In this document: positions 49,311 through 60,224 of the stretch, one piece after another
Layout: every line of letters begins with the position of its first letter
Position numbering within the stretch: position 1 is the first letter of the stretch
Origin: Fimbriosthenelais zetlandica
Lineage: Eukaryota
NCBI GenBank assembly: GCA_977030845.1
Contig: OZ365109.1
Coordinates: forward strand, 23,498,001-23,562,000
Reading direction: 5' to 3'
DNA length: 64,000 bases
Program-made: the position numbers and the translations under genes
Notes under the pieces: model-generated
What the model was told of the DNA's origin: nothing
Databases searched by the model: none
Seen by the model: the letters and a program-made list of their open reading frames with translations, nothing else

Positions 49311-52300
49311 TCAGGGGACCTGAATTGGAAACAAGCATTTTACACCGACATTACCGATAAGGAACATCACTTCGTTTGTGAACCTTTTCAAATGCCTCAA
49401 CTCAAGTAGAAAAGGCAAAAAACACAGGAGAGGGATGGAACCATTGAAATCACTGAGGGACTTCAGCCCCCTTTTCTCATGCTCACTGAAGCTTCCAAAA
49501 GCCAGCAGGGCATCTATATCCAAAGCCCCTGGACTGCATAACCTTGCTAGTAACTAGAGATCAGAGACAGCCCGGGTCATTCAAAGGCAAAATATCTATC
49601 CTCCCTGACACAGGAGAGGCTAAGAAACACTGGTGTCAATACTTTTCGGTGGCCAATAGAAGTAAAATAAAAAGATAAGAATCAGATTGATTGGTCCGTT
49701 GAAGATCTACGGTGCACGGCCATCCCTTGGCTCCAAGTCGGTATCTAGGGTCATGAATAAAAACCTATTTGTCGGTGTAGATATGGAATAGCTAACAAGC
49801 TGGTACGCTATTGACGTCCTCCTGGGGAATATGACCGGGCTAAATAAAGCCCTGGAGGATGCAAAGGGCCGACCCTCTGGTAGCCACATGAATAGCACAT
49901 GTCAATGTTGGCCTTCCCCCTCGGTGTCCAACCCTTGCTTCAGGAATCCAGGCTTCTCCGTATTCTGAAGATAAATCTAGGTCTTTGGTGGCTAGGCTTT
50001 GTCTTACTATCCCCTCCGGAATCACAGTATCCTTAAATAGCATCGATAGCACACAACTGCGCAAACTTTTCCACTGCTCTGTTTTTGCTCAGCTTCTATT
50101 GACGTTTATAGGGTTAGATGCTATGGTCACTGAGGGGTGAGTGCTCTCACTATAGAAGCAATGCTAGGCCCGAGATGTAAATCACTTTTATCTGCACCCG
50201 AATCCAGTTAATATGACGCCAGAACGATGTATAGAAGTTTCTCCGGGCAAAGATTCTGCTAAATGCTATCTTACCATTGAATTTATTCTGACGAGGGACT
50301 GAACCAGAAAGGGAGGAATAAATTGGCCATATCTGAGTGTAGTTCATCATTGGGAATATAGCAATAATCGCATGTGCTTTAGTGAAACTTTTTTTAGTGT
50401 ACCTTTAGTGTATTTTCAATTCAATGGCCAGATTGTACATAATCCCATGCTTGCAAAAGTTGTGCGATCCCTTGCTGCCAAGTATCGCTGAAAAAAAAAT
50501 TGCAGACAAATTTCAGCGAGCCTTCGCTTGGCCAGCAGCGAGAGAAATACTCAGCGAGAGTAGACCCGTGTGAACTATGGAAACCACTGCGAGCGCTCAC
50601 TGGAGTTCTCACAGCATTTTCAATGCACATTTTTTTTCAGCAAGACTTGGCGGTGAGAAGCCCAGCGAGGGCTCGCAGAAGTTATGCAAGAGTGGGAATG
50701 AAAAGACCTCACCTAATAAGAATTAGCTATTTGCACACCATCCACTAATCCTCTGTGAGGCCAGTTAGCTGTAAGCTATGTATGTAGGGCCATTCTCCTG
50801 AGGAGAGGGGGAAAATGTCATGTTCTTTTTCACTTTGAGACATATGCTCAGATGGATCATCTCCCTAAGAGAGGGCATTTTAATGACATTTTTTCTCCTT
50901 TTTACAGACAAGACTTGAGAGTCTACATGACTGTATGTCATTGTAAAAATGTAAGGGAATATATATGCTGTAGGGATAAATTAATAAATGAATTTTGGTC
51001 ACATGCATCATCTGTGCGCTTTGAAAAGAGCTACAGGGCAAAATAATATAATATGTCGATATGACTGAAGCTATATGCTTCATTTCAAGCTATATCTATT
51101 GGTCGTAGCAATGTATAAGGAGGAGGAAATGTACAGGACAAAGGGGTCTGAAATAAACTAAAATACAATTACCATACATCCTCCTAAAGTTTCAATGATA
51201 ATCAAATGCAATGAACAGAATATTCGAATAAAACACGACTGTAGATTCACTCCAGGCCAAAGCAGCCATCTTAGCGACGTATCGGCTAGAACTCTTCGCC
51301 AAGGAAGGAAAGCTTAAAGTGAGCATTTCCGTTCTAGAAATGCATTCTGGGTACTTAATCATACACTCCCGGATGCTGTATGTGTTAAATGACACAGGGC
51401 ATTACCTACCCGCCTTTGGCTTAGAGAAAATATAAACATTTCTCCATTCTAAATTACTATTTCTTTTCAACAGCAACAAGTGAGGTTTATTCAGCTTGGT
51501 ATGGCAGCTGTTTGCCCCGGGTTTCATTCTGTTTCAAATATTTACATTTTGATACAAATTGCGATATAGCGATATCTTTTCAAAATATTGGTGCGCTAAT
51601 GGCTCGATTCTCAGAAAAATGGTTCTATTAGAATACCACTCATTATATAGAGAACCTATTTACATGTACTACTCGATACTATTACCGGACCGAGTAAAAA
51701 TACCTTTCTGATTAATACAATGTTATAATACGAACGTGTTTTTAGTCATCAAGCATTGACAAACCATTGATATTTGAGATGTTTCATAGTGAATGAAGTC
51801 TCTCCTTCCAGGAAGCAAAGACATGATCTCTGACATGATTGGACAGCCAGAAGTCAAATGAACAATAAGCACAATATGATTTTTATACCGACATAATTAT
51901 TCATGTTATAGTTAATTAAGGGACCAATGGATGATTCTGAGCAGTAGCCCTATGTAGAAAATCTGCATATATAATATTAAATTTGTCTTTCTCTTGTCAA
52001 CATTATATTTGATCAGATATGGGAGACAAAACTAGTTTTTACATCAATGTTCATTGAGTGTGTTTCCAACACAAGGAAAAGAAGACTAGCAGCATTCCCC
52101 CTCGTGATAGATCCTTTGATCTCTGTACCATATTTTATGACTCGAGGCTTTGGATAATCATGATAATTCACTCTGTTACCACGCAATGTTCTTTTCTATT
52201 GGTATCTGTAGGGATATGCATCCTTGAGAGCTCACTGTGACAACAAATTGGGTTCTATGCACAGGGGGCAGAATCTTGTACAATGCCAGTGACCCATATG

Positions 52301-52358
52301 AAGGAAAGATGGCAGACAAGCCCCTTACGCAATATGTTATTATGACTAAAACATACAC
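49311..52358 (-). pseudogene. Three separate short minus-strand ORFs with FN3-like motifs
   Basis: DFNGSIP...LELRHLK (49311-49523), KFNGKIAFSRIF...VIYISGL (50150-50350) and TYCVRGLSAIFPSY (52176-52358). The span marks the outer bounds only; the sequence between them is unassigned. Confidence 0.25.
50478..50650. mobile_element. 173-bp MITE-like element with imperfect 27-bp TIRs
   Basis: CCAAGTATCGCTGAAAAAAAAATTGCA (50478-50504) is inverted relative to TGCACATTTTTTTTCAGCAAGACTTGG (50624-50650); three internal CAGCGAG motifs. Confidence 0.4.
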
Positions 52359-55300
52359 CTCCTTCTGTGGGTTTCTCTCCTTTCCTACATTCCTAGAATA
52401 ACAAATTAGACAGCAATTTTGTATGTATCTGTTGGCGACAAACTGTTGGCGGTAAAGCTATGCTTATTCCAGACCTGACCACAGGTTGTTTATTTGAAAT
52501 TGTAGCCCTAGCTGTGTGTCATAACTAGCTGTGCTCAAGACTACCATGATAATTGATTATACCAATAGTTAGAACTGTCCTGGGATGGTTCCATATACAA
52601 GATGTACCATCCCTGTGTACCATATGGTACTTCTGTCGTCATTATTGTGACACAAGTCTTATCTACAGACGAGCAATAATTGCAATGTATACATCACATG
52701 GAGTAGGCCTATATAAAGAACAGGCTATAGCCTAAATTGACCCTATTGGTAACTCCTATACACGCACTTATCATAAATTGTACTAATAAGTGGAAACAAT
52801 GATGAAAAATTGCAAAAGCAAAGATATTTTTGTTGATGACTGAATTAATTATCAATAGCATCAATCTGTTCTTCTATGCATTTATATCAATTTCATCTCT
52901 GAATACTAGCAATTTATAGATGTAGAGGCTAGCACATTATAGGATATACAGACATGTTTACATAGCATGCAAAGAACGTTTAGCTCCATAAAAGCAATTA
53001 TTATTCATTCAATGCAGACTGATTCATTTGCTGATACCATACCCCAACATTAGAGAAGGCTTCAACTATAATAATACTATGACATGGTCATGCAATGTTA
53101 ATATCATTTACATGGCACATATCGTCTTGATCTATAGAACTATGAATCGATGCATTACTCGATATGATACAGTTATTTTGAAGAACAACCTAATTGTTTC
53201 ATTATTTGATTTTGATCCTTCACCCCACCCCCAGTTGGCTCCAGATTTTAAGGGGATTGTTTCATAACCATAGGCTAAAGCATTGTTATGAAACAAGTTT
53301 TTGAAACTTGCTTTATAACAATGCTTTCTTGTTTTGTGCAGATCTTGTGTTTATTGTACTTGATAGCTATAGTGAGACATACATTATACCGCCTATAATC
53401 TCCATCGGTTAATATTATAAAATGGACCCAGATGAGCTGGCCTTGATAATCAAGAAGCCATTGAAAAAACCAGGTTATTACAAATGAGTGAGGTATTACA
53501 ATCATTTTTGTGGTATGAGGCACGTAGACCTTTGTCATTAACAAGGTACCTGGAATGATTGTAAATTACACCAGGTACCCGGGGGACACCTATCAGAGAA
53601 CTGGAACACATGTCCTCATTAAAAAATCACTTAATCGGCATTAATCGTAATCATAATTGCACCGGGAACAAGTTCATAGAGATGTTAAATCTCCTCATTT
53701 AACTTTTTCATTTCCTTAATCATGGAATCAATACCCTTTTGATCTTTGACACTGAATCTGATGGATTCACGGGGCTTTAATGATTTAAATCCCCTGGGCC
53801 TTTTTAGGGGCTTCTTTCACCAGGATTAGAGAAGTTTGGTCTGGCAACCGGGTAAATCTTCTGTTGGATAAATGGTATTTACTCGGAGTTGTCTCATAAA
53901 ATGGAGGTTTCAATCATTGTCCTTGGGAACAAGAAAGGGGAGTGCATTTTCGGGTCGTTCTCTATGTCCTTCTCTCAAGCCTTGAGTGAGAATAGAGAGA
54001 GAACACTGATCAAACATTTCTGTTCTCGGGTTAGAAAAAGGGGAATTAAAAGAAATTTACTTTTTTGGGCTTGGTGGTGGTTTGGCCCTCTACTTTTTGT
54101 GGCATTCAATACACTCTTTATCTCTTTCGCATCCCCGTGCACCAATCCCCATTTTATTAATCTAACTGAAGTTCGGAGTTCCAGTTTCATTGGAATTAGT
54201 AGGAAATGCATAATTATTTTCCTTACGTAGACCTTAAAACAGGAAATTAACAATTATAATATGTGCACATCTCAAATCAATATTATTAGTATTTTTTGTT
54301 TTGTCTATGTGGGACCTTGCTTTTCTCAAATATTATTAGGTCTGCCTTAACAGGAATATAATCATCCTTTCACAATGAACATTCCATTGTACACTTTCAT
54401 AACGATGATGTAGACATTGTTTTGTATTTAGGATTTTTACACAGCATAGTCTTAAGTCATATTTTAAGGGTACAAGTATACATAGTTCGAGTATGATATG
54501 AACCAATATGAATTCATTCATAAACATTCCACCATACCATGGCAACCTGTAGGCCTAATTGGCATTGGCATGAGAAATGCGATTTTAATTGACATTCTCT
54601 ACTGCCTGGGAGACTGTCTAACGAAGGGTTAACCCAAAGCTAGGAGCGGAGGACTAGACAAATTGACAAGGCACTTCTGACCAATAGCTTGTTAATAAAT
54701 TTCACATCCAGCAAGTACACTGAGGGCCTGAGGCATTGTGATGCCTGCTAGGATTCGCTCAACAATCACTGTCACAGGAAGCAATGTTATACCCTGACCA
54801 TAATGATATTATTATTATTTATTAGATGTAGATGTACCTTGTTTGCCTGAACCTGATTAAGAAATAGGCAGGGTCAAGGTCAATGCAGGGGACACCAGTA
54901 GGTCTAAAAAAACTTTGGAATATTAATCAATTTAGATAGGTTGCAATAAATGCAAATCAGTGTTGTGCGAATAAACATTTTACTGTAGGTGTTCGTGAGA
55001 GGATGGAGAGCATTGCAGTGTTTGCTCATTGATGACCTTTTTGTGCACTTTTTTTAACCTTTTCCCTGATCTTTTTCCTTGTTGTATTTGTGATCTCCCT
55101 GTATTAACACGCCAATCATTGTATTGGGGCTTAGTGAAAGGGAATTAGAACCCAAAAGGGTTTAAGCCCCGAGAATCCCAAATGCTTCCTATACTTCCAA
55201 TTGATGGCCCGTTGCTCTGACAACTAGTTGGTAGGGAATGGTGGCTTAAACATTGCAAGCTTTATATCATGTTGTTAGTTTGTACAAACTGAAGATGGGG

Positions 55301-55748
55301 GATGTACATTGGGGGAAAAATTCACATCTACATTTCGCCGGATGTACTGATGTAACCAAACGACATGTAACGCTATTAACGTCATGTTGTTAACGTCATT
55401 TTTTTGTTGACGTTATGACGCATGGCACTCGTTTTGGTTGCCTAAAAGTACATCCCTCGAGCCCCACTTTGGTACATGATTCTGCCTAAGGATACCACAG
55501 AACTAGAGGTTTCCATTATAATAATTACAATGTCATGTATAATTATTTTATTTCTAATAAGAAATATGTAGTTTCCATGAATATCCATATGATTAATTGA
55601 AATTTCAATTCACCTCTCTGACTCTGAGTAATTGAAACCGATGATGTACTCTGCTAATTGTGTTTTCACATTTGCACCAATGCAAGACAACGACAATATT
55701 CATTTATGCAAATTCGGTCTAGTATGAAAGAGGCACATAGGCCTATGG

Positions 55749-55819
55749 GGGTCCATTTTAAAAGGAATAGATATTACCATTACTAGGACTATGGTAAATA
55801 CTCGTTTTGAAACAGACTC
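55749..55819. mobile_element. Diverged MITE family A copy
   Basis: GGGTCCATTTTAAAAGGAATAG...ACTATGGTAAATACTCGTTTTGAAACAGACTC|CTG. Confidence 0.6.
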
Positions 55820-56112
55820 CTGCAGGTTTGACCTTTTTGCATTTTTATTTGCATTAGCTTCTGGTAACAATTATTAGATAAAGAAAGGCTATAGGGTGCT
55901 TGGTATAACTAATAATGATTATTTATTCAAAATTTTCTAAAGTTTTCTTAATTTTATTTTCTCAGATATTAATATTGTCAATGAACTATACTAATGAATA
56001 GTGCATGCCATCACAGCTACTACGGCTATATGTATATATGAGGTATTCTGGTATTAATGAGGTATTATGCTACTACGCATTGTGTCAATTCATTGTATTA
56101 TAAGAAAAGAAT

Positions 56113-56159
56113 ATTCAGGTGTGGAATTCCAAATATTAATTGGAATTCCGCACCTGAAT
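56113..56159. repeat. 20-bp inverted repeat with 7-nt loop
   Basis: ATTCAGGTGTGGAATTCCAA-atattaa-TTGGAATTCCGCACCTGAAT, one T:G mismatch. Confidence 0.9.
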
Positions 56160-58479
56160 CTTCTCCATTATTATAATTGGTGCAAATATTAAAACTGCTC
56201 TAATCTTCCCAGATATCCATTGAATGTATCCATGTTCCGGTACTATGCTTCCATACTTCCATAGAAAAATATAGGCTCACCCGGTCTCCATTTCATTATG
56301 GCTTCATGTCCGTACACCGGAAATAAGCAGAGTTTAAGGCTCCCCACCCACCATTAAACTGTGGATAAAAATAACTGATATCTATTTAGTTTCTCCTCGC
56401 TATAGATAGCTGATTTCACGTTACAGAGATGTACACCTTATTAATTCAGGTAATGTTACACATTGTCAACGTAACCAATCTGACAACGTTTTAAAGTTGA
56501 GGAGCATACATGTGTCAAAATAAAATTATTATATAATGTACATTTACCATAATAACTGTTTTCAAATAATACATTTTGGATTTGTAAATGTAATGTATTT
56601 GGCCGTATTTGATACAATTGTTAACTTTAGACTCCGCTATAAGGACAATACCGTCACGTAACATATACCATATTGCCCCTGTTTTACAATTTTACAAATT
56701 GTGCAACGATCTAATTGTCTCATTATTGACCCCATTGCGTGCATGACAAAGATCGCAGCAAAGGAGTGAGCTTGGAAGGCAGTCGTAATGTCCTTTGCAA
56801 TCGCATTATATAATATGGGGTTTTTCTACTTCTGGGATCAAATATATTGCATGTAACATGTGTCATGTTGCTAAATTTTATTTTTTCATAAGCACAAGAG
56901 GTCGCTACAATATAACATACATGTAACATGTTTCATGTAACATTCGTACACTGTGTCGCAGCTGTGGAGCCCGGTTTTCAGGAACACATTGACAACATGT
57001 TCGGTTCCTCCACCATGTATGGTACATTATATCTATAGCCAATGACTACTGCCACATGATATAGAGGCTAGGTGATGTCAATATCCCACTCTGGTATCAG
57101 CCCCAGCCAGTATTAGTGATTGGCTCTGGTTTTTGTGACACAAATCTGACAAACGAGGAGGAGTATGTCATTTTCCTGATCAATGACTATCAAGGGAGAG
57201 TATACCATACCTAAAACCTCACACTCAATGGTCCTTTAGCTTTGAGGTACTCACTCAATGTTTTTTTTTTCTCCCTGAGGTTGCCAGTCATAAATCAAAC
57301 TCCATCCCTGGAGTGTTAAAGCGAGCATACGGTCTTTATATATTTCATATATTTGCAATGCGTTCACTATAAGCCAGACATGGACCTACAATGATACAGA
57401 TTAGGTGCCACTGATGCTATTTTGTACTAGACTTGATTTTTTTTTCTGATAAAATGAATCAATGTCTATAACCGGTTATTTGAACCTGAGCTAATGCGAT
57501 ATTTCCATGTAAGCCGGATGGTAATTATCTACGAGCGGTTGTGTGGATTCTAGGTCAGCAACATGCAAAGACCTGTGTTGAATGCACAACCAGAAATTAT
57601 TGTCATGAACTTCTGATTCCATTATGATGTCTCTTTTGACATAATATTTAACCATTCATGTGATCTTGCATCCTCCAAAGAGCCATTAACTAGGGTGTGC
57701 CTTCCGCAATAAAATGGCGGTCACCTTCCGCTTCTTGTCACTCTATATCACAGGCAGGCTGAACCGTCCCATTTACTGGCTTGTACTTCCCCTTTGCGTG
57801 TCGAATAATGTTATTATAGTTTGCTTATCTCAGGTCAAATCCACAGGCATTAGAAGGTTTTATCTTTGGGTATGTCCCAAACCATAAGCACAGTGCAAGT
57901 ACATTCCATCATGGTTTAGCCCTAGAATTTCAACAACATCACCCTTGGGCATATTGATGTTTATCGTAGCATCATAAATGCCCATGTCGCCCACAAACAA
58001 CATGTCCAGCCGAAAATACCCTCTATTCCAACTGCCCATCTAAATTAACCATGATACCATCATTCCATGGTCGGCCATAACAGGACCACCCTGACTGGAC
58101 GGGATCCTAAATGCGATCATATTCGATATCCTATACCTCTGGTAATTCATCACAAAATGGAATTCCATACATCATGCCGAGAATCGACCACCGGAAGACA
58201 CCGGTATACAGCGAAAGGTAGGACGGAATGAGGGAAAGCTAGAGGAGGAGAAAGAGGAGGAGCTGGAGGAGGGGTAGGATGGTTTTACTGCTTATTACAT
58301 ACAGCAGGAGTGCTATTTTGTGGTGGCTCCTGGCCCACTTTGTGCTGGGGCTAACCTGATATGTCTGAAGGGCTGATCACGACTGTTTGCCTGTAGGAAC
58401 GGAGCAATGACGAAAAACTGTCCTCGGGGCCCTCTCAGATCGGCCAAAGCACAGGTTTCCACTTTAGCCACATGTTCCA

Positions 58480-59447
58480 AACTAGGAGCCAGGATATTTG
58501 CTCCCATAATGCCCAGTAATGGATGCTGAATAACCCTAATGGCCACTTCCTGTGGATTGCGACTCGCCCGGACCGGGCGCCCATTGTCCATACTACCATC
58601 GATGCTTTCTTCCTCAGTCGAGGCCAAATATCCTATCCCACAAATTCCCCACCGACCCCCCAACAAACCCATTTCCAACCCGTCATCAATACTGAGATAT
58701 GAGAAAGGCAGGAAAGAATGGGAGGTCATCGCTCACTGACCCCAGCTGCTCTATTACAAGACATCCTGGCCCTGGACATATAATTTGCCATCGAGCCATG
58801 ATGCTCTGATGGCATCTATCGACGGAGTGTTGTTTCTTTTTCCTCCCATCATCTTTGAACGTCAATTAGAAGGGCGCCAATCACTTACAGGAGCGAGCTT
58901 GAGAAAAGCAGAGGAATCGATAGCAACTGGGCTCAGGTTGCTGCTAGGAGAAATTTAAAAGACAGCCAGCCTCCGGCAACCTTGGCTTCCTATTTTCCCA
59001 GCCATGGTTTAGGAGCTAGTGTCCAGGGAGTTCGACCTTTCGATTTTCATTCATACTTTTATGCGCCCGAAGACACTGGAGAGTTTAAACTGACAAAATC
59101 TATACTTATGACTCAAGACTCTACAGACTTTTTTCTGTGGAATAAAGGTCAGGTTAACACTTGAAGTATACCAGTCCAATTTTTAGTAAACAACCATGCA
59201 TTTAAAACTGGATATACATGTAACTATAAACAAAGGTATTGAGCAGCATCTATGCAATAATCAAAATTTAATAATTATATTTCTCAACTTTGAAATCACA
59301 AGATTATATTTAAATAAATGTTGTTGAAACTATCAAGAAAACCAACCCCGGATTTAAATCGATGTTTTATACAATTCTTGATCTACTGCAAGAGGCCTGG
59401 AATGTTTCCCTGTCACGATGAAGAATATACCTTGTTTAACCTTGATG
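58480..59447 (+). pseudogene. Possible FN3-like fragments
   Basis: RIFAPIMPSNGC*ITLMATSCG...IPHRPPNKPISNPSSILRY (to about 58700) and KLSRKPTPDLNRCFIQFLIYCK...EEYTLFNLD (59324-59447). Confidence 0.3.
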
Positions 59448-59490
59448 ATTTTCCCATTGCAATTGCTGATGGCAATTGCAATGGGAAAAT
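59448..59490. repeat. Perfect 19-bp inverted repeat with 5-nt loop
   Basis: ATTTTCCCATTGCAATTGC-tgatg-GCAATTGCAATGGGAAAAT. Confidence 0.95.
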
Positions 59491-60224
59491 TATCAGATGC
59501 CAGGACTGGCATATGTGTTATCAGCAAGGGGATGGAGTACACGTGCTGCTCCCCTTATCTTTTACCTCTAGTATATCATCACCGTGCCTATAGTGCAAAT
59601 CTAATTCTAGTACCACTGACTCTCCTTTCCACTGCCAGTGTCTGTGTTAAAACTGATTTCTCCATGACCGGATTATCCGGAGCAGAAAATACCTTTTACG
59701 GAGAGCTCCCCTCTCCTTTCCCCCCACTTAACTGATGGATGAGGATGCCCCCTGTCCTTCGTTCATGAATTTTGAAATTTTCCTGGAAATAGAGTTAGTG
59801 AGTGCCCATGACAATTTTCTCCTGTTTTCGTCAGGAATATTACACTGCACATGGTATCTATAGTAAGTAATGCTAAATATAGAACATGCGTAGGTACCTG
59901 TTTAGATGGAAAATACATACATTTATTTGGTCACGTAGTATATCTCAATCATTGTATCAAGTTGCTTCGGTGATTCAAATTGGTTGAAAAGGATATTATT
60001 GAATGGTGGATCATAAAAGAAGGTCTTTCTGGAAAGGATAGCTTGACGGATGTATATAGAAATGATATAAGGTTAAAGTATCTTTCTTCCAAACATGGAT
60101 GTAGGTGAGTCATTCAAGAAGACACAAAGATAAACATATCTACTTCCGTTTACGTCTGACCGACTCCTTACATGGTGACAGGGCATGTCTTTGTACATAG
60201 CTCCAGTGCCATTCGCTTATTTGA

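Noticed and set aside
58313-58729. 138-aa minus ORF
   Set aside because: No recognisable domain; the antisense frame is also mostly open and looks more protein-like.
59448-59490. FPIAIADGNCNG taken as the FN3 A.N..G motif
   Set aside because: These residues are encoded by the perfect palindrome, so they are not counted as FN3 evidence.
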